Below, one piece after another: positions 25,501 to 32,897 of a DNA stretch of 34,677 bases (positions within the stretch are counted from its first letter, which is position 1; each line of letters begins with the position of its first letter). The stretch covers positions 1 to 34,677 of IMG/VR virus record IMGVR_UViG_3300020044_002928. One strand, written 5' to 3'. The notes under the pieces were generated by a model. It had not been told where the DNA came from and did no database searches. It saw only the letters and a list, made by a program, of their open reading frames with translations. Position numbers and translations under genes: made by a program. This DNA comes from a virus (taxonomy: Duplodnaviria; Caudoviricetes).

Positions 25501-28500
25501 GGCGAGAGTCAATGTCGCCCACCGATATCCTTGACGGCGCTTTGGATGAGCGCGGCACGGGTGCTGCGCAGTCCAATATGTTTGCCAGTATCCAGCCCAT
25601 CTCGCCCCGGCGTCGGGAGGAAATCCTTGATGAAGGTGGGAAAATTCCATCGCTATCTCGTGGCATTACCAAGCTCAAGAAACTTTGGGCTGACGGTAAG
25701 ATAGACGCAAAAGAGTTTGCTTTTGAGGTGGCTTCGTATTCCAATTTTATTGAGGACATGAAGAACTGGAAGCGCTGGGAGAACATTGGAAAACTGAAGG
25801 TTCGCGGTCCCGACAGAATACGCGAAGTCTTACTTCAGGAGAAACGCAGGGGGAATCTATCTCAGGAGGAAGCTAATTTTGCTGAGTGGTTTATTCTGCG
25901 TAATGAACACTTGCTCGATGACCTTGGTATTTCTGTAAAAAAACCGTCTGATAAGATTGGGACGTCAGGATATTACGAAGTTTTGTCTCGCGTCATGTAT
26001 TTGATAAAAGGCCATACGAACGACGGCACAGCGGTCCATGAGATCATGCACCACCTTGAGCGCATGCTGCCACAGGACATTCGCATGGCGATTAAGCGCG
26101 CTTGGTCGAAAGAGTTAGATAGAGTTGAGCGACTTCCTTATAAGGGAAAGAGTGAAAATGATGCTATGTTCTTTAAGGCCATCCGTGCGTTCCATAATCA
26201 AGAGAGCGTCAATCTGAATGGCGAGGATTTAAACCCAAGTCAGGCGTTTAGGTTTGCTACTAATTTAATTGCAGACGGAAAAGTTGACGGACGCCTTTAT
26301 CAATATGTGAACCCATCAGAGTTCTGGGCCGTTAACGCCACCGAAATTCTGCAGGGCCGATTTGATGTGCAGGGTTCGCTGCTTGGCCGTCTGAAGAATT
26401 GGCTGCGTGAGCTTTCCATAAAGATAAAAGGACTCTTTAAGCTAGATTCAAATGCACCGATCATCAAGGCGCTGGACAGCTTGGCAAAGAGTGACGGTAA
26501 GTTTGTTTCCAACGAGATGCTTGAAGACAAGCCGGGGGATTTCAGGGACATCGCACGCGCTGAAGAGCAGACTGAAGAAGGTTTCGAAGAAGGTCCAGTA
26601 TTGGAGGCGGCACCAGTAAAGCTCAGCCGTGTTCGCCAGTCCGTCAATCGCCTGCGCACCAGCGCAACTTGGAGCAACATCGCAAGCCAGTTCTCTGGCG
26701 CTCGTGCCGTTGATAACTGGCTGGCTCGTTCTTACGGTTTGGAATCCCTTCCTGAAACGGACTCGTTCTACAGCGCATTCGAAACCTATCTTTCAAAGAA
26801 GAACGGTAAGCTGCAGCAGCTACGCCGCAAGTATGTCGATCCAATCGATGATGCGGTGGGCGATGCCATCAAGAACGGCGTCACGATGGATGACATCAAC
26901 GACGCTATTCAGGCACGCGGTGCTGCTGAGCGCAATGCTGCTATCGCTGAAATCAACGAGGACATGCCCGATGGTGGCTCCGGCCTGACGAATGCAGAAG
27001 CGGCTGCCAAACTCCGTGAGCTGCAGGCGTCCGGGAAGATGCGTTACATCAACCGGGTGGTGAGACTGCATGACCGCCTGCGTGATGAAACGCAGAGAAT
27101 AATGGTTCAAGATGGCCTTGTCTCGGCTGAGACGATGGCTGAGTGGAAGAGAAAGTATCCAAACTATACACCGTATAAGGGCTGGGCTCCCGCTGGCGAC
27201 ATGGCTGTCGATGGTCAGGAAGATCCGCATGCTGATTACGGCTCCTATGATAAGGGCGTTCCTGTCTATAGTCGCGTGGCTGGACTTCGTGCTAAGCCGA
27301 TTAAGGCAGCGAAGGGACGTTCGTCTCAGGCGGCTAACTCCCTGTACAACATGATCGCTGATGCCGAGATGTTCTTGGAGATGGGCCAGCGCAACCAGAT
27401 CGCGCTTCAGCTGGATAGCACCTACCAGAGCGACCCTGATGCGTTCACGGGCCTTCTCAAAATCTATGACAAGAATAACCCCAAGATCGTCAAGGGTAAG
27501 GCCGTCAAGATTACAGACGAGCGCGCCTTCAAGAACGGCATTCGCGGCTTCAAGAATGGTGAGCCGTTCATCATCGATACCGCACCTAATGAAGAGGGGC
27601 AGGCAGTCCGCCGGGCGTTCACTAACCTCGATCCTACGCAGCTCGATAAGTGGTTCGGAGGTTTTTACAAGGTTATGGGCGTTATGCGCGGCCTGCACAC
27701 CCGCTTCAACGCAGCCTTCTGGCCTCGCGAGTTCCTGAGAAGTATCTCTGACGCCGTTGGCAATGTATACACGGAGAAGGGTCGCAAGCGCAGCGCAGCC
27801 TATGGCAAGAGCGCGGCAATGAAGACGTGGAAGTATTCATGGGATCCAGCGACGCAGGCTGGCGTCTTTGCGCACCTAATTAATAGAGATGCGGGCAGCG
27901 GGCGTGTCGCTCACGTAAAGGCGTTGACAGAAGAGATGATTGTCAACGGCGGCGCTGCTGGCCAAGAGTTTGCTGAACGTGCTGAGCGCGTCGCCGAGCG
28001 CATGGAGCAGGAGCTGAAGCGCATGACTGCGACTGGCGTCAAGGCTGGATACTTTGAAACCAAGGCCGGCTTTGCAAAGCTCATCAAGGTCGTCGATGGC
28101 ATCAATGATTTCGTGGACATCGTGCCCCGCGTTGCTGCTTATCGTGCGCTCACTGAAGCTGGTGTTTCTCCGAAGGACGCGGCGCAGATAGCATTGCGCA
28201 GCACACTCGACATGAGCAAGCGTGGCCGCTTCGGTCGTGTGATCGATAGTTTCTTCTGGTGGACAACTCCATCGATAACCAACCTGACCAAGAAGGTTAC
28301 GGGTCTGGACAGCTCCACCTATCGCAAGCTGGTCCTTGCTCAGCTGTCTATTGGCTTTGCTCTTGGGATGCTTAACATCATGAACGCGCCTGATAGCGAC
28401 GATGATGGTGAGGACGATTACAGCCAGCTCCCTGAGTGGCGGAAACTCGCATACCTACACGTTTATTACAGCCCGGATGAGAAGCCTTTCACAATGCCGA

Positions 28501-29372
28501 TTGGGTTCCTCTTCCTCTTCGAACGCTACGTCGGCGGCAAGATGGCTGAGGTTCTCGCTGGACAAATCTCTGACGGCAAGGCTGCAGTGGACATCATGAC
28601 GGCATCTCAAGATGTTGGGGCTGCGTTCCTAGCTTCGCTTTCGCCTGTGGTCCGCAGCACTGAGGCGCGAACTCTGGTCCCAAGCAGCATCGCTCCAATT
28701 TGGGATCTCAACCTCAACGAGAGCTTCTTTAAGGCACCGATCTATAACGAACCGTTCGATGACAGTGAGGCTCAGGCATCGCGTGTGAAGCGCACTACGC
28801 CAGAGGTATATAAAATAATCGCGGAGGGCCTTCAGGAATCGACTCTTGGATACGGCAGAATACCCGGCGGCATCGATGTGTCTCCTGATCAGATCAAATA
28901 CTTTGTTGATCAGTATTCCGGTGGTGTTGGTCGCCTTGTTTCGGGCGCTGCTGAGGGTGACATAGAGGCAGTCAAGAAACTGAACCCGTTCTACTTTGAT
29001 CCGAAGTTGGTAGAGTATTCTCCAATGGGCAGATTCTTTGAGCGCGATCCGGAAATGAAGAGGGCTATCGCAGCTGACAAGATGGCTGACGAAGGCGATA
29101 GCTCGGAGCGTGATTTCTTAGAAAACACAAATCCCGTGTCGGTGGATTCTGGAGTGATAAGCGCGTTCAAGGATGCCGAAAAAGAACTGAAGGATCTGCG
29201 CAAAGACGCTAATGATATGGATCCAGATGAGTATCGGGCTGAGCAGCTACGTATCATGTCGGACTTCAACCGGGCGTACAACGACGCAAAGAAAGGTAAT
29301 TATTCTTACACGTCGAGCGCAGATGAAGAGGAAGAAGATTTCATCCCAGAGGAAGAGGAAGGCGACGAGTAA
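22596..29372 (+). CDS. Large polyvalent virion/ejection protein (DdrB-like ParB, zincin metallopeptidase, LPD38-like C-terminus)
   Basis: 2258 aa, AGGAG RBS. LQNRDRSR...DPERL...GSPIV...VESGNGR (~24447-24880); HEIMH at 26037 with downstream EFWA; C-terminal DDYSQLPEWRK...LVPS..APIWDL..NESFF.APIY. Confidence 0.8.
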   Translation: MANYRYTYDYNGRRYEIDAPKGSTAADLQRIVEGSSRGKAPVSNRRDTRDTRAAAPDPAVENDRKKTAASIANAQKSIASLTEQLQNPTIQSNPDRYRAIEAAINGQKEALRVNQNRLGYLEKTGKLPPGLTATGGISDFLRGIPRTLTQFPGQVVEGVSGLIGSGLQAVGAEDTGKAISNFGTRAQKAGTEFAEDVFGGRSEATQFSPTARFIAMGGEGVGSTLPYVITSGLGGTAANLSKTGRATRLAGGVPTAEKVAQRTNYLIAGAQGSQQAGQQAQEFREQGGTVSPLQELAARSVGTGLGLTEVGVANRMIERLPVSARTSAIDSASNLVERATLGRVDPKAAFDSVKRAVAGVEAKALGRTALSTLEEGLQEGAVQLGQNLAAKAIYNPNQDAFEGVGESALLGGVVGGTISGGVETTRKVLGSKPDDTGAPPPPPPPSGVPPTAPPPAEMGALAEALGPVGGKITLQDAFGPQEYTFEGFDKKGKVVLTDVDGVTLSEDPDWVQGAIKSGVVESEEGLGGMAFSTGIEEEAAAPPPPPPTEKPKFTLEPAPTTGDEFVSNILDSKPVAPSVFSPDVAPPIFSPPTEKPKFTIEPAPVAEEPELPPPPPERVRTVTTPGGSKVNTAFEVVDAANLTAATGDLQNRDRSRASTDIQVQDIFSNFDPERLGESLESDRGSPIVGPDNTVESGNGRVMAINKVYDESPEKADAYRNFIEGQGFDTSGLERPVLVRRRIDRMTPDQRSKFVRESNMDTKLQLSTSEKAQTDAASLTPDVMGLMASPDVSASANQGFVRAFLSKLPTQEQAAFLDKEGRLSADGIRRLRTAVKSSAYGDADLINTLDESQDNNIKSIGGALEDVAPAWRRMLDAIRDGEVDAEMDTTKQLVEAAKIVRDVRNKGMKIGDFLSQQDAFNPLDPVTERFIRSFYNESLGRAAGREAIADTLNKYARRAAEQTTSEGLFGRESMSPTDILDGALDERGTGAAQSNMFASIQPISPRRREEILDEGGKIPSLSRGITKLKKLWADGKIDAKEFAFEVASYSNFIEDMKNWKRWENIGKLKVRGPDRIREVLLQEKRRGNLSQEEANFAEWFILRNEHLLDDLGISVKKPSDKIGTSGYYEVLSRVMYLIKGHTNDGTAVHEIMHHLERMLPQDIRMAIKRAWSKELDRVERLPYKGKSENDAMFFKAIRAFHNQESVNLNGEDLNPSQAFRFATNLIADGKVDGRLYQYVNPSEFWAVNATEILQGRFDVQGSLLGRLKNWLRELSIKIKGLFKLDSNAPIIKALDSLAKSDGKFVSNEMLEDKPGDFRDIARAEEQTEEGFEEGPVLEAAPVKLSRVRQSVNRLRTSATWSNIASQFSGARAVDNWLARSYGLESLPETDSFYSAFETYLSKKNGKLQQLRRKYVDPIDDAVGDAIKNGVTMDDINDAIQARGAAERNAAIAEINEDMPDGGSGLTNAEAAAKLRELQASGKMRYINRVVRLHDRLRDETQRIMVQDGLVSAETMAEWKRKYPNYTPYKGWAPAGDMAVDGQEDPHADYGSYDKGVPVYSRVAGLRAKPIKAAKGRSSQAANSLYNMIADAEMFLEMGQRNQIALQLDSTYQSDPDAFTGLLKIYDKNNPKIVKGKAVKITDERAFKNGIRGFKNGEPFIIDTAPNEEGQAVRRAFTNLDPTQLDKWFGGFYKVMGVMRGLHTRFNAAFWPREFLRSISDAVGNVYTEKGRKRSAAYGKSAAMKTWKYSWDPATQAGVFAHLINRDAGSGRVAHVKALTEEMIVNGGAAGQEFAERAERVAERMEQELKRMTATGVKAGYFETKAGFAKLIKVVDGINDFVDIVPRVAAYRALTEAGVSPKDAAQIALRSTLDMSKRGRFGRVIDSFFWWTTPSITNLTKKVTGLDSSTYRKLVLAQLSIGFALGMLNIMNAPDSDDDGEDDYSQLPEWRKLAYLHVYYSPDEKPFTMPIGFLFLFERYVGGKMAEVLAGQISDGKAAVDIMTASQDVGAAFLASLSPVVRSTEARTLVPSSIAPIWDLNLNESFFKAPIYNEPFDDSEAQASRVKRTTPEVYKIIAEGLQESTLGYGRIPGGIDVSPDQIKYFVDQYSGGVGRLVSGAAEGDIEAVKKLNPFYFDPKLVEYSPMGRFFERDPEMKRAIAADKMADEGDSSERDFLENTNPVSVDSGVISAFKDAEKELKDLRKDANDMDPDEYRAEQLRIMSDFNRAYNDAKKGNYSYTSSADEEEEDFIPEEEEGDE
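24231..24407 (+). repeat. Two 42-bp imperfect direct repeats (PPTEKPKFTxEPAP) in a Pro-rich linker
   Basis: Copies at 24231-24272 and 24366-24407. Confidence 0.85.
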
Positions 29373-29382
29373 GCCGCCTTCC
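29357..29382 (-). terminator. Hairpin at the convergence of the two transcription units
   Basis: Minus strand GGAAGGCGGC-ttactc-GTCGCCTTCC followed by pyrimidine run TCTTCCTCT; 10-bp stem with one G-U pair. Confidence 0.55.
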
Positions 29383-29392
29383 CCTCAGCAAC

Positions 29393-29689
29393 CTAAAATG
29401 GGACATCATCTCCGTCGAGATCACGCCACTTTGGCGGCTGGTCACCAGACTTAGCCATTGGAGTCTGCTGCTGGCCACCTTCCTGCTTCGGTTCATAGAG
29501 CGACACGATGATGCTCTCACGGCCTTCGTTGCCGCCAACGCCAGCTGGATTGAACGTGCGGTCGAGCAGGATGTAGGGGCCCTTGTCCCCGTCCATCATG
29601 ACGCCGACGTTCTTGAACCGGCCCTTGGTCTGGCCTTGGCCGTCTGTGTATTCGCCAACCTTGACGACGAGATCATACTTCTTACCCAT
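29393..29689 (-). CDS. Putative single-stranded DNA-binding protein
   Basis: 98 aa beta-rich core with SSB-type acidic C-terminus DGDDVPF; AAGGAG RBS; directly downstream of recT. Confidence 0.6.
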   Translation of the reverse strand: MGKKYDLVVKVGEYTDGQGQTKGRFKNVGVMMDGDKGPYILLDRTFNPAGVGGNEGRESIIVSLYEPKQEGGQQQTPMAKSGDQPPKWRDLDGDDVPF

Positions 29690-29700
29690 TTACTTTCTCC

Positions 29701-30741
29701 TTATTGAAACAGTTTCATTAACTTGGTGGTGTTGCGTGGGGCCATAAGCTCTGCCTCTTCCAGCATTGCTTCGTGCAATACGCGCCATGCTTCGCGCTCT
29801 TCAGGGGACAGACTTGCAACAATCTCACACGCAGAGATTGCCCATCCATCCCAATCCGTCATGCCTTCATCATCATCACCAGCCTCCAGTATATCGATGT
29901 GCAGCTTCGTCTTCGGCGCAGGCGCAGCCTTGGCTACAATCTTTTCCTCAAGGGTCTGCACCTGAGCTTCGGCTGCAGGAACGTCATCGAAGTCGGTGAT
30001 GTCCATTTCATTGCCTGTATATTCATCGGCATCGATGATACCTTCCGCCTGATTGTCAGCCATCACTGCACGCTGTGCTTCGGTGGATAGTGGCATATAC
30101 TTGCTGGCACGGCGGACCACAGTCTTGCGCCACATCTCAGCCTCATCGGTCTTCCAAGGGCCGACGATAGTGCCGTCCTTGGTCTTCGACGATGAGCGGT
30201 CACGGATAGCAAGGATCTCTTCCTTGCTCATGATCTCGAACTGCGTCTCGCCGTTCTTCAGCTTCCACACACAGTACGCGCCGATCTTCTCACCGCGATC
30301 AGATAGGCCATGCTTGTGAATGATGCGCGACTCGATGCCTTCCTCGACCTCGAACAAGTCTTTGCTATATACCAGACGGCTCTCGATCTTCAGAACCTCA
30401 CCGGCCTGCAGGGCCAGCTTCATCAACCCCTTGTAGCGTGGGCGGAACTGCGCGACATTCTTCTTCAGACGGCCATCCCAGACCTTCAGTATGTCAGCTT
30501 CACCCATGCTCTTGTTAAGCGACAGGCCAAGCTCTGCGGCGCTCAGGCACGCCTTCAGCAGCGATCCTCGGTCACAGTCCAGCAAGTCCATGTTGTCAGC
30601 GACAGCTGCCACCACAATGCCTTGGAACTTATCGACCGTCATGGCCTGCGGCAGAAGACTGCGGAGATGCCCTTCGCGCATCGCCAGCTCCTGCTTAAAC
30701 CGATCCATCGGCTTCACGGGAACCATCTCATTACTTTGCAT
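29701..30741 (-). CDS. recT: RecT-family ssDNA annealing recombinase
   Basis: LLDCDRGSL..AAELGL, AQF...YKGLMKLA, GAYCVWKLKNG, GPWKTD..EMWRKTVVRRASKYMPLS. Confidence 0.92.
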   Translation of the reverse strand: MQSNEMVPVKPMDRFKQELAMREGHLRSLLPQAMTVDKFQGIVVAAVADNMDLLDCDRGSLLKACLSAAELGLSLNKSMGEADILKVWDGRLKKNVAQFRPRYKGLMKLALQAGEVLKIESRLVYSKDLFEVEEGIESRIIHKHGLSDRGEKIGAYCVWKLKNGETQFEIMSKEEILAIRDRSSSKTKDGTIVGPWKTDEAEMWRKTVVRRASKYMPLSTEAQRAVMADNQAEGIIDADEYTGNEMDITDFDDVPAAEAQVQTLEEKIVAKAAPAPKTKLHIDILEAGDDDEGMTDWDGWAISACEIVASLSPEEREAWRVLHEAMLEEAELMAPRNTTKLMKLFQ

Positions 30742-30892
30742 TTTTCAATTCCTCTTCTAAATCATCAATCATTAATTCAATGGCACGCTCAACAACGGCT
30801 CGAAGCGTAGGCTTCAGGGGGTGCTTGGCTGCGACATCGCGCAGCCTTGCCAGCAGATCCCTATCGACCCTCATCATAACAATATCTTTCAT
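30731..30892 (-). CDS. Small ribbon-helix-helix-like DNA-binding protein, 53 aa
   Basis: Not in ORF track. Reads MKDIVMMRVDRDLLARLRDVAAKHPLKPTLRAVVERAIELMIDDLEEELKNAK*. ATG overlaps the upstream TGA and the ORF fills the gap to recT. Confidence 0.7.
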   Translation of the reverse strand: MKDIVMMRVDRDLLARLRDVAAKHPLKPTLRAVVERAIELMIDDLEEELKNAK

Positions 30893-31827
30893 CAGGTAAT
30901 CCTTACTGTAGTGTAGCCAGAACGCTTGCCTGTCAGGGTGCCAACCATGTCAGCGGTGATTTCCTTACCGGGATTATCAGCAACCACACTGATAGACATC
31001 TTATGTTCGCCGCACTTAACCGAAGCCTTGTCCTGCGATGTATTCATAAGCTCCAGCTTCGCACGAGCCTTCATCAGAATCATTGCCTTGGCTTCGTCGG
31101 CGCGAGCAGCTGCGTCCTTCTCGTCTTGCTTGGCAGTCTTATAGTCCAAGAAGAGCATAGCGTCTGCGTCATCGAGTACGACATCGCTCTTAGGCAACGT
31201 CCCCATCAGCTTCGTGATAGCGCCAACGTCCGTTGTGTAATCTGGCTCCGGCTCCGTGCCATCAGCAATCGACTGCCAGAACAGCGTGATCTGGTTCTTG
31301 ATAGCGTTAATGATATTGTCATTGCGCGGGATCTTCATGCGGCGCGGCTCGTCATCGATCAGAGCAACCAACCATGCGTGATCCGAAGTCGTGCAAGCCA
31401 GCTGGTGCTGCACCTGAAGCAGATAGTTCTCAGGCGCTTCGTCAATCTCTTCGCCGTTGTAGTGCCAGCCATAGCCGCGTGCAGACCACTTGATCTCCAC
31501 AGGTGCGCCACCTGCCGTGATGTAATCGAACGATGCACCCATGCCGGGGCAGTCATCGACCGTGTAATAGTCACTGACCTTACCAAGATCCATTGACCAA
31601 CGATGCGACGCCCAGTTTGCAATACCGCTCTCAAGGAATGTCCCAGCTTGCACAGCCTTATTGCCAGAGATGTCCTCCGGCGGCAGCTTGCCAGCCTTCT
31701 CCATCCACAGCTGCCAGCGGCTCGAATAGGGCGACAGCCCGAACAACGCAGCAACATCGCTCCCGCCAATGTGCTGGGAACGTAACTCGTGCCAGTGCTT
31801 CTGGTCACGTACTTGTATGATAGCCAT
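30892..31827 (-). CDS. YqaJ-like viral recombinase exonuclease (lambda Exo family)
   Basis: WHELRSQHIGGSD.AALFGLSPY, GTFLE, ASFD...VEIK and YLLQVQHQL motifs. Confidence 0.92.
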   Translation of the reverse strand: MAIIQVRDQKHWHELRSQHIGGSDVAALFGLSPYSSRWQLWMEKAGKLPPEDISGNKAVQAGTFLESGIANWASHRWSMDLGKVSDYYTVDDCPGMGASFDYITAGGAPVEIKWSARGYGWHYNGEEIDEAPENYLLQVQHQLACTTSDHAWLVALIDDEPRRMKIPRNDNIINAIKNQITLFWQSIADGTEPEPDYTTDVGAITKLMGTLPKSDVVLDDADAMLFLDYKTAKQDEKDAAARADEAKAMILMKARAKLELMNTSQDKASVKCGEHKMSISVVADNPGKEITADMVGTLTGKRSGYTTVRIT

Positions 31828-31828
31828 T

Positions 31829-32296
31829 TTATTCTCCCCTAAAGTATGAGCTTAATGAGAGGCCGTGATCTTTCAGGATTCCCTTGAATTCGTCCAAGGA
31901 CTTCCGGCCAAAGTTTGGGTAGCGAAGCAGCTCGGCTTCTGTGTATTTGCAAGCGTCACCAAGTGTCTCAATGTTCTGCTGCCGCAATACATTCGCGATC
32001 CGAACTGATAGCTCCAATTCATCAACCTTAATCTTCATTGATTGATATGCGTCAACGTATGAAGCGGCCTCGCTATCCTTCGGGATAACTTCGTCAGTAC
32101 GGTGTTTTAATTGCTCCGCGATAGTGTCGGTCAGCTTTACCAGAACTTCCCTTAGCTCTGAGTTTTCATTATCCAGCCGTGTAATAAGGTAGTGTTGTAG
32201 CACAATCCTGTCTGCTCTTATGTTATCAAGGATTTTCTCAAAAAAATTAGCGCGGTCGCGCCAGTATTTGAGCGTAAACTCTAATTCTTCAGCCAT
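31829..32296 (-). CDS. Coiled-coil protein fused to an RNA polymerase alpha subunit C-terminal domain
   Basis: ATG 32296 with GGAG RBS. C-terminal [15 protein letters not shown]....IETLGD....[21 protein letters not shown]...GLSL is clearly alpha-CTD. Confidence 0.88.
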   Translation of the reverse strand: MAEELEFTLKYWRDRANFFEKILDNIRADRIVLQHYLITRLDNENSELREVLVKLTDTIAEQLKHRTDEVIPKDSEAASYVDAYQSMKIKVDELELSVRIANVLRQQNIETLGDACKYTEAELLRYPNFGRKSLDEFKGILKDHGLSLSSYFRGE

Positions 32297-32339
32297 TTTT
32301 ATTCTCCGGTTTATGGCCGTATCTAGTCGGCCTACATGT

Positions 32340-32372
32340 GGCATACACTTGTCTACGGAGTTATGTCAAGTG
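32340..32372 (-). promoter_or_regulatory. Candidate sigma70-type promoter overlapped by an inverted repeat
   Basis: Perfect TTGACA at 32369-32364 (minus strand), then TATGCC 18 nt downstream. Inverted repeat CACTTGTC-N11-GTCAAGTG. Confidence 0.5.
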
Positions 32373-32676
32373 CCTTGTAAACATCTTCAACAGATCGCGC
32401 CAACACGTATATTCCGCCGCGCTTTTCCCACGCACTCTGCCATGCTGCCTGAGCAAGCCGCTGCTTCCCCTTCTCGGTCTTGACCTCGATAGCGAAGGCT
32501 CGGCCCGGCGTCATGACTCCCAACAGGTCGGGTGTCCCTTCAGGTGCAGACTGGATGACACGGGCTCCGCCATCGAGCGGTCGGAACTTGCCCACGTTGA
32601 TGCGGAACATCATGATGTCCTGCCTCTGGCCCAGAGCGAGACGGATGTCCTGCTGGATTGCAGCTTCAGATCTCAC
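32353..32676 (-). CDS. VRR-NUC domain nuclease / Holliday junction resolvase-like
   Basis: [28 protein letters not shown]...Q..W and [11 protein letters not shown] (PD-(D/E)xK motifs). Confidence 0.88.
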   Translation of the reverse strand: MRSEAAIQQDIRLALGQRQDIMMFRINVGKFRPLDGGARVIQSAPEGTPDLLGVMTPGRAFAIEVKTEKGKQRLAQAAWQSAWEKRGGIYVLARSVEDVYKALDITP

Positions 32677-32897
32677 TGCAGGGTTTCCGGTTTCTCATCG
32701 CCATCCAGATGCTCCATCGCAGCCTCAGCGGCGGCCATCATGGCAGCAAAGCACCGATGGATGTCGATCTCTTCAATCTTCCGGTCTTCATGCCACTGAT
32801 CGATCACATGCAGCATCTCGAATGTCAGCGCATGGATCAGTGATAGCGGCACTACTACCGAATGGAATCCTGTGTCTTCCCCATCGTCATCTTCCAT
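32673..32897 (-). CDS. Small acidic hypothetical protein
   Basis: Probable ATG at 32897 (MEDDDGEDTG...KPETLQ); stop overlaps the VRR-NUC start. Confidence 0.6.
   Translation of the reverse strand: MEDDDGEDTGFHSVVVPLSLIHALTFEMLHVIDQWHEDRKIEEIDIHRCFAAMMAAAEAAMEHLDGDEKPETLQ

Noticed and set aside
25937-25943. A7 run as a programmed frameshift or phase-variation site in the giant gene
   Set aside because: The ORF is intact, no stimulatory structure or useful alternative frame is evident, and the run lies in an AT-richer segment.
26820-27698. Long antisense ORFs (292 aa here; also 32480-33421, 4717-5403, 16445-17038 and others)
   Set aside because: They shadow well-supported genes on the opposite strand, with no recognisable motifs. 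This is expected from codon bias in GC-rich DNA.
31829-32296. Host rpoA, implying bacterial chromosome or a prophage boundary
   Set aside because: The alpha-NTD is absent, there are no ribosomal protein neighbours, and both flanks are phage recombination genes.
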